A stretch of DNA of 64,000 bases from Octopus sinensis. Lineage: Eukaryota. Below are positions 36,421 to 48,670 of this stretch, one piece after another; the first letter of the stretch is position 1, and each line of letters starts with the position of its first letter. Below the pieces are notes generated by a model. It had not been told where the DNA came from, ran no database searches, and saw only the letters and a list, made by a program, of their open reading frames with translations. Where the stretch lies: the NCBI RefSeq assembly GCF_006345805.1, contig NC_043011.1, positions 59,098,464 through 59,162,463 of the forward strand, written 5' to 3'. A program made the translations under genes and the position numbers.

Positions 36421-38834
36421 TACGTACGTATGTATATATAGAGTATGTATATGTACAGACAGAAAGGCAGGCAGACAAAAATATAGATAGATAGATGAAT
36501 TTAAAGTAATTACAGTATAGGAAGCCTACGCAGTGCAACGTTAACTTAATTGAAATTATATTAGAGTCTTCTTTGCACCAAGGAATCAGTCTGTTAGTCC
36601 TTTACTTATCTGTGTCTGAAAAATATGGCAATGTTTAATTACATCTGTTCCAAATTTCTATGAGAAGGCCGAAGACGTGCGTGTAACTTATTTTATCTTG
36701 GATTTCCTAAAGGCAACCGTTGTGGTGGATAAATATATATCGCGTATACACACACACACAGAAACACATACATACACATGTATATATCAGTAAATTTGTG
36801 TTGTTCTTGCCTTATATTATCTTTGTTAAGTTTTCTTGAATCAGCTGAGCTCACTTGAATGGTAATTATGTTGTAGGGTAAATTGTAATTGTAAATTAGT
36901 TATGGAATAATTTTACTGATGAAATTGGGTTTTCTGTTATTGATTGGTATTTGTTCATGCATGTAGAACATTGTAATCACATCTGTCTATTGAGGTGTCT
37001 CATTCTACCATTTACACGTGTGACGACGTGTGCTAATTTACCTGTGTCAGCTTTTAGGTAATGGGTCACAAAAGAATGCAAGTAGGCGATGAGCTTTAGT
37101 TGGTCTGCAGGTTTCTTCTCCTTCTTGTTGTTACTCATGATCAGTTACCTGTTTGTAATGGGAAGGTGAAGCCTATCAGTCAAGCATGCAACAGTGTCTT
37201 TTGTATGGACATTTCTTTTTATTACGCTTTGATATTTAGAAAATGCTTTGATATTTAGAAATTAATTTCGATGGTTACAAATATTGTTGGTCAGCTCTTT
37301 TCATGTTTATTTTTCTAGGAAATATTTGATCACATTTAAAAAAAATTCCAACCATTGCATTTTAGGTAGGTGAAACTTGTGGGCTACTTTTGATAAACAT
37401 TTCTTGTATTCAATTTTATAATATACTGTTTTGGACCTATGCTAAATTGGGGCACTATAAGAAAATATATGTGCATGAAAATAGATATAAAAATAAAAGT
37501 GATAAAAATTATAACAGTTAAATAAATGAGCACAATAACATATTAAACAAACATAGTCCGCTATCTTTCTCGCATATTTGAAGAAAATTTAGAAAATTTT
37601 GTGAGAAATTTTGTTGAAACTTTCAGAGAATTTTTTACAGGACTTATTAGTATTTTAATGTATATTATAAGCATATTTTATACTGAAAGTAGAGGTTTTC
37701 ATGTTTATCTGACGGGTAAATATTTTCATTTTTACTCGTCAGATAAAACTAGTGATTTTAAATGTTTTGGTGCTTTGAAAATTCTATATGTGCAGGAAGA
37801 GACTAATTCGGAATTTCATCGTACGTCTCATTCCAGCAAGTTACTGTGGAGTTTGATTTTATTTCTGGTGAGAATCTGACTACGACCTTTTTTTCTTACT
37901 AATAATCAAGGGTTTCTAAGTCTGAGAGATCGATTACTATTGCAGCTGGCTTTAAGGGCCTTTCATGGCTATATATGATTATTTTGCTGTTAATGAGACT
38001 AATCTATCATGTTTTTTTAAAGTTTGGTAAACATTTTCTGCTAAAGTAGCGCGCATAGACAATGGACATGATACCACCTCTTTGCGAAACGAGTTTCTTA
38101 ATCACAAATCTATGCCTTTGCCTGTATTAGCCAGGTTTTCAGTGCTTATAAATTCTCTGCTTGGCTTTAGGTGCTACCTTTAGACATAAAAAGATATAGC
38201 AATGGACATACAGGCTATAAATAACTGCAACTGCTTCTTTGTCTATGGATGAAGGATCTGTATTCGTCGGTTTATTGCTTTCCTTTTTCTTTTACTTAAG
38301 AAAGCTAAAAAGGCATCAGAAAAATCACATTTTGTTCTCTACTGGCATAAGACTAAGAATGTTGTTTACCGTTTCGATATATTGATTCAGCGAAGCTAGA
38401 ATTGGCTGTTTACCAAGAATGATTCGCTTTATACTATACGTACATAAGTGTGTGTGTTGATATGTCTGTATCAGTATGAGAATGCGCAAATGCGTATGCG
38501 AGTATGCGTGTACATCTCTCTTTTTTGCAATTAGAACAACGAGATAAATGTGTGTAAATCAGAGCAATACGAGTAAGGAATTAACCAAAGCATGTAAAGT
38601 GATGAACATGCAGTAAACTAAATATAATGATATTGTTTGACAATACATAAGTAGTTTGATGTGGGTCTATTACGTCTCTATTTCAATGAAAGGAAAGAAA
38701 ATAACCATACAAGAGAGCGAAGTGTCTTGTAGAGAATTCTCTTCAATATTCGACCACACCGTTCCCTTCATCAGGGTTGGTCGTTTTCAAGTATTTTAAA
38801 GTAAACCATGTATGTTTATTATCTTTTAAAATCT

Positions 38835-38945
38835 TTTACTTGTTACAGTCATTGAAGGAATTAGTTGGACGAATCGATCCCAGGACGCTTTTTGGAGGCC
38901 TGGTACTTAATCTGTCGGTCTTGTATGTCGAACCGGTAAGATGTA
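38835..38945 (-). mobile_element. Family B SINE tail fragment
   Basis: TTACTTGTTACAGTCATT...GACGAATCGATCCCAGGAC...GGTACTTAATCTGTCGGTC...CGAACCGGTAAG. Confidence 0.55.
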
Positions 38946-38972
38946 GTTTATGTCTATATATATATATATATA

Positions 38973-39338
38973 CTAGCAGTATCGCCCGGCGTTGCTCAGG
39001 TTTGTAAGGGAAATAACTATAAAGCATTTTTAGAGAGTTATAGCGGAAAAAAAATGATGGTAAATTTTTTTTGAGAGTTAAAAAAGGTCGAGTTGCGTCC
39101 GCTAGACAGTCTGTGGTTTGTGTTTCTGATTCTCGACCCCATGTCGAATTTATCGACTTTTTTTCAGAAGTGGGGGAACTTTTCAAAATTTTCGCTGCGT
39201 TAGTTTTGAATTATGACATTGGGCTATGTGTGTGTCAAGTTTCATCAGAATCGGTTGAAAGCCGTGGTCAGAGTGAGGGTACAACCAAACAGACACACAG
39301 AAACACACACAGACAAACTGCCGTTTATATAGAGAGAG

Positions 39339-39339
<1 letters not shown>
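38973..39339 (-). mobile_element. Non-autonomous Helitron
   Basis: Minus strand: A|TC... start, 3' GC-rich hairpin (plus strand CCCGGCGTTGCTCAGG, 38985-39000), ...CTAG|T end, no TSD, inserted in (TA)n. Confidence 0.8.
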
Positions 39340-39396
<57 letters not shown>

Positions 39397-40009
39397 TTGT
39401 AAAACCATTGAATTATACCTAACCCTGGAAAGAGCAATATGGCAATAATCTCAAGTGTTTATTTGATGACGGAAATGTATTCCAGTGTATATTGTCAATG
39501 AATGTACATTGTCTTTTAACTTTTACTGCTTTCAGAAATTACACTTTCACGCCGAGTGTTCAGGCTGACACAGTTGAGTGAACGCGTCTTGTGACAGTCC
39601 CAAACGATCAATAATCTCTAAATTTAATCCGTCCCGTGGTACAGTAGGCCAAGCTTGCTTGAATGTAGTCATTAAATTTTACTAGATATATTTTATTCAC
39701 TGTGGACAACCCTATCATGTGGATAAACGTAATCCCAATGCTGACGGCAAGAAAGTCCCGAAACGCTGCGCACTCTCTCTTCATGAAACCATGCTCTTGC
39801 TGGCTTCTGGTATGGGGAGCTTTAATGTGGTAGCGTTTGCATGTACAAGTTGTATGCAAAACATGTGTGTACATATACAGCTCAATTTCTTTGTGTAGAC
39901 ATGCATACCAATATATGTATAAATAAACATATACATTAATGTGTGCATAAGAATATATATATATACACACATATGTATATATATAGAGAGAGAAAGAGAT
40001 AGATAGATA

Positions 40010-40038
40010 GGTGAGTAGATAGATAGATATATAGATAA

Positions 40039-40091
<53 letters not shown>

Positions 40092-40092
40092 C

Positions 40093-40148
<56 letters not shown>

Positions 40149-40149
40149 G

Positions 40150-40230
<81 letters not shown>
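40010..40230. repeat. (GATA)n microsatellite
   Basis: Directly visible, nearly pure. Confidence 0.95.
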
Positions 40231-40501
40231 GTCAGTAAATAGATAGATGCTTAAATAAATCTGGTTTTCAAAATCTCTTTGGAAATAAATTAATTTTAAA
40301 AGTGCTTAAAATTTTGACACGTCAGTATATAAACGAAATGTCTATAAAAAAAGCTGTGTTCGTTGAAACGTAAAATAGCCTTTTCGGTATCTAATTAATC
40401 ATAGGATAACGTGCCGTATTAAATGTATGGGTATGAATTCATGAACGTATAATATATAAACATACTCACATACTCACACAGACACGCATGCTTATATGAT
40501 T

Positions 40502-40577
<76 letters not shown>

Positions 40578-40811
40578 AGAAGGGAGAGAGAGAGAGATAA
40601 ATATATGTATATAGATGTATTTATATTTTTATATATAATATAGATTTAATTATATGTATAATTTTAATTAAAATATTTTGCTACATATACTTACATATTT
40701 ATCAATACCTCTTTCAGTGAGGATAATCTGTGACAATAACTGTATTCAGTATAGTTATAATTCATCCATTTAGCCTGGTAAATTAAACGTTATGGTCAAA
40801 TTATTGCAGCT

Positions 40812-41196
40812 TTTGGAAGCACTCCGTCGGTTACGACGACGAGGGTTCCGGTTGATCCGATCAACGGAACAGCCTGCTCGTGAAATTAACGTGTAAGTGG
40901 CTGAGCACTCCACAGACACGTGTACCCTTAACGTAGTTCTCGGGGATATTCAGTGTGACACAGAGAGTGACAAGGCCGGCCCTTTGAAATACAGGTACAA
41001 CAGAAACAGGAAGTAAGAGTGAGAGAAAGTTGTGGTGAAAGAGTACAGCAGGGATCACCACCATCCATGCCGGAGCCTCGTGGAGCTTTAGGTGTTTTCG
41101 CTCAATAAACACTCACAACGCCCGGTCTGGGAATCGAAACCGCGATCCTACGACCGCGAGTCCGCTGCCCTAACCACTGGGCCATTGCGCCTCCAC
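40812..41196 (-). mobile_element. Young full-length tRNA-derived SINE family C with 10-bp TSD
   Basis: Minus head GGAGGCGCAATGGCCCAGTGGTTAGGGC...GGTTTCGATTCCC (A and B boxes), CpG-rich. TATTGCAGCT occurs at 40802-40811 and 41197-41206. Confidence 0.93.
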
Positions 41197-41667
41197 TATT
41201 GCAGCTACATCTAAGGTTTTCCCCTCGTTGTGAGATAATTGTAATTATATCTGCATAATTAACGAAAGCTTAGTTAGCTCTGGTCTTTGGCTGTAAACAC
41301 AAAGGTCACAACATTTCTTCTTACCATTGACCCGCCAGTGTAGATAAACAGAGAAGAAGAAAAAGTAGATCTTTTCTTTTCACCTGTGTCGCTGCCCAAT
41401 ACTTAACGTTAATATATATCGAATAGCCTCTACTTTGGTCAACTAGAACTAACAGCTACCACCTCCCCAAGCGTTACATCATATATTTTACATAAAGGGA
41501 TAATAGATTCATTCGACAATAATACCTGATATTACAAAAATATGAAATATTCCTGTCTGGAACTTTTCGATTGAGACTCAAGTGTGATTAAACCACAGTA
41601 AGCGAATTTGTATGCCGATTAACCTGTTAGAAATAGCAGCTAGATTATTAACTAACGTATCAAATAA

Positions 41668-41883
41668 TCTTTTCTACTCTAGGAATAAAGCCCTAAAATT
41701 ATCGGGGAGGGAGGCCAGTCTATTAGATCGACCCAGTACGCAACTGATACTTAATTTATCGACCCGGAAAAGATGAAAGGCAAAATCGACCGCTGCGGAA
41801 TTTGAACTCAGAATGTAAAGACAGACAAAATGCCGCTAAGCATTTCGTCCGGCCTGCTAACGTTTCTGCCAGCTCGCAGCCTT
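41668..41883 (-). mobile_element. SINE family A (tail type 3)
   Basis: Family A head and body with the tail TCTTTTCTACTCTAGGAATAAAGCCCTAAAATT on the plus strand. Confidence 0.85.
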
Positions 41884-42056
41884 CTAGAGTACCAAATAAT
41901 AAGAAAGACACGTAATCGACAATGTATTTCTACCCTTAACAATAAGTAAGCATGTAAATATATATGCGTGTAACATAAAGATACTACTACTAATAATAAT
42001 AATACCAATACTAATACTGGTGCTGCTACTGATGTTGCTACTACTACTACTATTAT

Positions 42057-42087
<31 letters not shown>

Positions 42088-42424
42088 ACCCTAATAATGT
42101 AACTTATAAAACTATTACTTTCCTTAAAGTTGTTTATTTTTCGTAAAGAATATAGGTTTTAGTACATTCCTTATATTTGGGAAATGTTTCACTTATCATT
42201 TTTGTTTGTTGATATTTGTTTTATGCTGTTGAAAACCATAAGGAGTAGTAACCTGTTTGACTGATAATCCTGATTTTAGGATTAAGAGAAAAGTATTTGA
42301 CATTACACATTCTAACTCTGGAATCGAAACTGAATCAGTAACCTTCCAATTCAGCATGTTACCAGGTATTATTTGTTCTATTGAAAGACTCCAATTTATT
42401 ATAAGTTTTATGACGTTATATATA

Positions 42425-42570
42425 TTACGACTGCATTCCAGCCCTCTCAGTTCAAATACACCGAGGTCGACCTTGTCTTTCATCCTTTCGGGGTCGATAA
42501 AATAAATGCCAGTTGAGCACTGGCATCAATATAATGGACTTACCCCACTCCCCTCAAAATTCCTCCCTGT
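42425..42570 (+). mobile_element. Partial SINE family A (tail type 2)
   Basis: CAGTTCAAATACACCGAGGTCGACCTTGTCTTTCATCCTTTCGGGGTCGATAAAATAAATGCCAG...TTACCCCACTCCCCTCAAAATT. Confidence 0.7.
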
Positions 42571-43554
42571 TCCAGAATGTAACGCTATCACAAAATTTAT
42601 ATATTATTTTAGCAGAAATCTGATCACGAATCGTTTACCGTTTAAAATGTGCTTAAATTAAAATATTGACGTCATTGGAAAATATAATTAATGACCAACA
42701 AAAATAAATATTTGCTAACTTACTATGTTAAAACAGGTTTTCGGAGCCTGCTGCGTTTAATTTAATGTTGTTAACGTACAAACATATTACGATTGATTTT
42801 GTTGGTTTTACTAACAACTGGATCGTGTATCAAATTTACTTAATTTTGTTATCGAATCCAATGTTGGAAAACGCAACTAATTATGTAAATACATATAACG
42901 TACTCAGTTGTTTTACACATATACAGGATTTTTATCGAAAATAAATTTAAGTTTTAATTCATTTTTATATGCGTGGTTATTGAATAATTTATTTTTTGAT
43001 CCAATAAATATATTTGCAAAAAATTTGATCTTAATGAATGTCGGAATACAAACGACGGAGTCGGTGGTTCATGGTCGGCGATTCACGTCATGTCACTAGG
43101 TTATGCTTTGCCCGTCGGAAATACGCACGAATTTAATCTCTGGTGATCTATCGATCTGCTGCAATTATCGTAATTACCCTTATGTAAATGTTAATTAATT
43201 TAATTGATATTTTCCTAAATATTGCAAACAATTTCAGTGGGCTCTTTTCAATTGATTATAACCCGGTATCTATTGTACCTTTACACAGATTCTAAAATAA
43301 TTTCAAATTGATGCTCATATCTTGCCCAAGGGGCTTATCAATTTGAAAATTCAGTGAAATATGACGAATGAATTCAGTTTATATTACGTTTCATACGATT
43401 CACTGAATATGAGATTTTAAATGAGAGACTCAGTTCTCCTAATGGGAAAATAATGGAGCGCTGTTCAGAAACTGAGATTTATATAAGTGGTTATATACTC
43501 CAAAATTGATGTATCAAAAATGCGATTTTGAGGGGACTGGGTTATCTGTAGCAA

Positions 43555-43700
43555 AGAAGGGTGTGGCTGCATGGTTGAAGTGCTTGGTTTCAAGCTACAA
43601 TGTTTCGGGCTCAGACCTCTGTCCTTCGGGCAATTCTCTTCTGTTCGAGTCCCTGACCAACTTGTGAGGGAATTTGGAGAAGTCGGTCGTATATGTGTGT
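43555..43700 (+). mobile_element. Degenerate family B SINE head
   Basis: GGGTGTGGCTGCATGG...CGGGCTCAGACC...CTTCGGGCAATTCTCTTCT...GACCAACTTGTGAGGGAATTTGG...GTCGTATATGTGTG. Confidence 0.55.
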
Positions 43701-44039
43701 GTTTCAGGGTGTGTATATATCTTTGTGGCTTTTAACCACAAAGGTACATACATACATTTAAGCTGATTATTAATCATTTATATTTCTGAAGCATTTAATC
43801 TAAAATTCAAGGTATTTCATGATTATTTATAAAGAAAGAGAATTTCAGAATGTGATGGTTCGCACGGTCACTCGACGCGCATATATACGCATATAAACAT
43901 ACATACATACACACATACATACATACATACATACATACATACATACATACATACATACATTTACATCATCGCTGGTTTGAGGAACGGGTCATCGGATCTA
44001 ACAAGCGGTATCGATCTTCGATCCAGTAATCCCGCTTAC

Positions 44040-44169
44040 ACCAATGTCCACTTTGCATTTCATATCGTACAGAATCGGTAACGCCCAAGTACTGAGGCAT
44101 ATACTTGTCTAAATCTCTAAAAGGTGAGGCTCCACTCTTCCACAATTCAATGACTGACACTAGTAAAGC
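44040..44169 (-). CDS. Weak candidate internal exon (ALLVSVIELWKSGASPFRDLDKYMPQYLGVTDSVRYEMQSGHW)
   Basis: Minus acceptor TTCCTATCTTTGGTTCAG| and donor |GTAAGC; 130 nt, open in one frame (part of ORF 43966-44265). No recognisable homologue. Confidence 0.15.
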
Positions 44170-44279
44170 CTGAACCAAAGATAGGAATTTAGATTGATTA
44201 AATATACAGACAAGAAGCTCGATTCTGATTATTTTATCTACGTTTGTTTCAATGTATAATTTCAATATATAATTTCAGT

Positions 44280-44512
44280 AAGGCGACAAGCTTGCAGAAT
44301 CGTTAGCACGCCGGGTGAAATGCGTAGCGATATTTTGTCTATCTTTACGTTCTGAGTTCAAATTCCGCCGTGGTTGCCTTTACCTTTCATTCTTTCGGTG
44401 TCGATAAATTAAGTACCAGTTACGCACTGGCATGATATAATCGACTTGATCCGCCTGTCTGTCCTTGTTTGTCTCCTCTGTGTTTAGCCTCTTGTGGGTA
44501 ATAAAGAAATAG
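44280..44512 (+). mobile_element. Full-length SINE family A (tail type 1)
   Basis: Collinear with 63472-63710. Confidence 0.9.
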
Positions 44513-44680
44513 ATATTTCGTCAGTCTTTACGTCATGAGTTCAAATTATGTCGAGGTCGACTTCACCTTTCATTCTTTCCGGTTCGATAGATTGAGTACA
44601 AGTTGCGTGCTAGGGTCGATCTAATCTACTAGTCCTATCCCCAAATATTTTGGGCTTTGTGCCCAGAGGAGAAAAAATAT
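44513..44680 (+). mobile_element. Headless SINE family A (tail type 3) directly abutting the previous copy
   Basis: Starts at ATATTTCGTCAGTCTTTACG and ends CCCCAAATATTTTGGGCTTTGTGCCCAGAGGAGAAAA. Confidence 0.75.
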
Positions 44681-46055
44681 GTTATTGCAGTAGGAAGTAC
44701 AGTTTCACGGGAATTATTTCCTCTTTTTCCTTTTGATCCACTTTCTCATTAAACATTCCCTGAATGTGCATGAGTATCTGAAATGATTGGGTGTTTGTTC
44801 TTTCAGTCTCCATACGGCATAATTGCTAAATAGAATAGCTTGCTTTCAAACCTAAGAGGCCGCCACCACGACGAATAGTGATCCTATCAGTTGTTTACAA
44901 TCATGCACACAATTAAATTATAGAGGAATGCGAGGCCAGTAATTTGCTACATTTAATATGCGCGATAAAGTGATGCCTTATGGTAATTTACTCTGATGAG
45001 CCAAACATGGAAAGAAAAAAGTGCAGGTATCGGTCATCGAATAAAGAAAAATAGTAAGATTTAACTGAAATTACATCAGCAACAATGTAATATAACAATG
45101 ATATATAACTTTAGTTTCCTTTATTCAAATTATTCCTCTTGTCAAAAATACTAAACGTATATATGTCTCTAACCAAGAGAAGTATTTTTTGCAATACGTT
45201 CCGACTTAACACATTTACTACATAATATTTTCACCTGCTGCGAAAATTGTAGACCCTGAGGTTATATATGCCAATCTAGAAAGTGATATGGTAATATATG
45301 CAAATAACTCTGACATCAAACTCTCTAAGTATCTATTCACAACAAACTAAGGTAATCTGAATATCTTAAGTGAATATATGCCTGGAATAATGCAATTATC
45401 TGGGAAGATTTTCATGAAGAAAAATTCTGCAGCTGACATTTGTGGTAGATTCATTAAGCATCGTGGTTATACATTTTTCTCATGCATTGCATATAGTGCT
45501 GGGAAACTATTGTAGCAGACAGTGATGCGATGCAGACATAATACTATTTAGTTAAGTAATGGGAAAAATAAAAAGGACATGCAATTATCTTCACACTTCT
45601 AAATGTCAATGAATAATTATGTTTCTGGATGTTTCATGCTGAGAAAATTAAAATTGTTATTGTTGATGTTGGAAACGTCGACGCTTGTTAGCCCTGGTCG
45701 AGCGTTCGATCCATTCCCGCTTGATAAATGTGCATTCATGATATTACATATAATAAGCGTTTTAGTTTTTACTTTATTCTGATATGCTGCCGTATGGTTT
45801 GAGAGACATTTGGCTGCTATTTCTAGCGTGTATTTTAACTCGTTGAATCATGTAAATTTTTTATAGTCATGTTTCTAAAAGAAATATTTTGTTCATATTC
45901 ATTCAGTTTATGTGTATCATAAAAATATTCTCTTAGCATTTCAGAGTTCACTATTTATACCTCGCCAAACTCCAATAAATTATTATCATGCAGCAATATC
46001 AGTGACGTAACCTGTATGCGTGTATATATATATATACAGTCATTTATGTATTTAT

Positions 46056-46119
<64 letters not shown>

Positions 46120-46789
46120 TCTTATTATAACACCGAAGGCTACGGCATTTACCTTGAGAGCTACTCTCATGATACTCAAGAGCATAGACATACATCGTAG
46201 CAGATGAGAATCAACTGACGTGAACCACAGAAAAGGCAAATCACGTGATACTAGCGTACGGTGCTTCTCAGTGGCAGATGTCCGGCAGTCTTCCATGACT
46301 TAGAATGTAATTTAGTCATGATATGGTTACACAGTTACAGCCATAATGAAACGCACAAGCCGGGGTTAAAAGCAATTTGACTAATTCCGCTTCCCGTTCA
46401 CCTCTACATATTAAACTAATAATGATCGATCCGGTTAGAAAGCTACTATATGATCAAACAATGTGCTAGTATTAGCAGCCAAAGTTTCTGTAATAATCAC
46501 ACAAAACCGTCTTTTAAGAAGGTCACATATACTACAGTCCTTCAAGTACATGAATATACTTGATGGTCGCAAGTAATTCCTTTATTATTGGTCTTCAGAA
46601 CCAAGACTGACCAGAGCAGAGAAAATAACAATAATACCGATTAACAACAATGTAAATAATTGTGAGAATAATAATTGTTGAATATTTTGTCTGAGGACCA
46701 GTAAATTCACTGGAAGGTGTTTCGAAGTCAATGATTTGAAGAATGAGTCGATTGAAGCCAAAGATTCCTATCAAGAGAGACAAGTAAAG

Positions 46790-47270
46790 AGTGGAGAGTT
46801 GGAAACCAATGGTTCTAAAGAAAATGTCTGATGGGAAAACGGAGAATGCGAAGACTGCTTATTCATGGATATGGCTAGCGAAATGAGAATCTAAGGAGCG
46901 AAGGTGTTCATAATGCAGCTCCGATCAGGCCCTAGTGAACAACTCCATAACAAAGCATGTCTGCAAGATTGATGAAAGTGACAAATTTTGCTTGTAGGAG
47001 AAAGCTATCAAAGTGTGACATCCATTGTCAATTAGTGTTGAATCTATTGCACAGCATCGCCAAATTCAGAATGCCAAAAGTGGAACTGGAAAAAATATGG
47101 AACACTGCAAGTAATTTTATTCATGTTGTGATGGAAGCAGTGGAGTTCATCTTTCCCAAACTTTCACAATTCATTGACCAACATTTATCAAATATATCGG
47201 CACCTTACGAAAATCTTACCTATAACACTTTGTTCGAATCTTGCGAAAGGCCTTCTCTGCCCGACGTCTT
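46790..47270 (+). mobile_element. Decayed R4/Dong C-terminal region (zinc-knuckle approach + RLE end, internally deleted)
   Basis: SWIWLAK*E, DQALVNNSITKHVCKIDESDKFCL, ELEKIWNTASNFIHVVMEAV and RILRKAFS appear in the expected order across frameshifts. Confidence 0.65.
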
Positions 47271-47334
47271 CGACCTAATGGATAGACCTCAAAATTAAAT
47301 CATGCCAGCCAGACCAGAAATACAAGAGATAATA

Positions 47335-47720
47335 CTGGCTTTAAAGTTTGGCAAAAAGCCAGCGATTTTAAGAGGGTGGATATGACGATTACAATGATCC
47401 CTGTACTTAGCTTGTACTTTAATTTATCGACTCTGAAATGATAACATTTAAAATTGATCCCGACAAGATTTGGTCTCAAACGAGTAAGTGACCTAAGAAG
47501 TATCTGCAAGTATAATTTAGATGCGTAATATTTGTGCAAACTAGTTTCCTTGTTACAAATTTCAGACATAAGGCCAGCGATTTGTGAGAAAGGAGAAGAC
47601 TCGATGTTGTTCACGTCAGCGGTTCACTGGTCCTTTATTCCACCGATCACAAAAGGATGAAATGCAAAGTTGGGCACGATAGGATTTAAACTCAAAACGC
47701 AAATCGCCAAAATATACACT
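47335..47720 (-). mobile_element. Two tandem degenerate SINE family A fragments
   Basis: Two repeats of AAG(G)CCAGCGATTT...TTTATCGAC/ACCGATCACAAAAGGATGAAATGCAAAG...AACTCAAAACG. Confidence 0.55.
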
Positions 47721-48239
47721 CAATGTTAAGTTAAATTCGAATCAAAGCATATTTTGCGATGAAGTATATCTTGGCTCTAAACAGAAAAAGAAACCTCTTT
47801 GTTATATTATTGAGAAGTGTTCAGAGAAAATGAAGAATATTGGTTTTTGACAAAATTACTTTGTTATAATTAATGAATTATGAGATGTGGGAAACGTATT
47901 TTGTTTATTTGAAATAAGTCAATCATTGCTGTTAAACAAGATGAGCTCTTAAGGAGAAGAATTATAATATTATAATATATTATATAATATATTGATATTT
48001 TATAATATAACCATGACTGCACAAGCGTTTTTTACATAGTGTATCGAATACATTATTGACCACTACGTCTATTTCCCTCTATACGATTTTTAGGGATGCT
48101 TCTGAAACTTCTAGCACCTTCAGGGAGCTAGAAATAGCGGTGGCTACTTCTTCAGTTCAAAACTGGACGTGGGTTTGATATGATGTCATAAACTATTGAT
48201 ACATACGAATGGAAATAAACTGGGAATAAACACTTAATA

Positions 48240-48438
48240 TTGGTTTCAAATTTTGGCACAAGACAGAGTAATTACGGGCGTGGTTATAGTTAATTATCTC
48301 CACCCGACTTTTCCAATGGTACTTTTTTATCGACCCCGAAAAGACGAAAGGCACCGTTGACCTCGGCAGTATTTGAACTCAGAACGTGAGGCCGGCAAAA
48401 TGCCGCCAACCATGTTATTCGGTATGCTAACGATTCTT
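48240..48438 (-). mobile_element. Older SINE family A (tail type 2)
   Basis: TGGTTTCAAATTTTGGCACAAG...ATCGACCCCGAAAAGACGAAAGGC...GCTAACGATTC; it stops near its head where the younger copy begins. Confidence 0.75.
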
Positions 48439-48670
48439 ATTTCTTTATTGCCCACTAGGATTGAAACATAGACGGGACGAACAAGGGCGGACAAAGGGAT
48501 TAAGTCGATTTTATAGACCTCAGTGCGTAACTGGTACTTATTTAATCGACCCCGAAAGGATGAAAAGCAAAGTCGACCTCGGCGGAATTTGAACTCAGAA
48601 AGCAGCGGCAGACGAAATACCGCTAAGCATTTCGCCCGACGTGCTAACGATTCTGCCACATCGCCACCTT
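48439..48670 (-). mobile_element. Full-length SINE family A (tail type 1)
   Basis: Collinear with 11516-11750. Confidence 0.88.

Noticed and set aside
39690-39812. Open frame IYFIHCGQPYHVDKRNPNADGKKVPKRC with a possible donor, overlapping CTGACGG...GTCCCGAAAC
   Set aside because: Weak acceptor and no recognisable protein. The hammerhead-like motif lacks A9 and the 5' side of stem II.
43030-43135. CpG-containing unique patch with TCACGTCA (CRE-like) and a short imperfect hairpin
   Set aside because: A single short motif without TSS or conservation evidence cannot support a promoter call.
44990-45015. CTGATGAGCCAAACATGGAAAG hammerhead-like
   Set aside because: Stem II cannot close correctly before GAAA, and there is no stem III or cleavage triplet.
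45240-45520. MVIYANNSDI...NLNILSEY, faintly like a CR1 'FADD...DL..L..W' region
   Set aside because: The catalytic Asp pair is absent and upstream QG motifs were not found; too weak to call.
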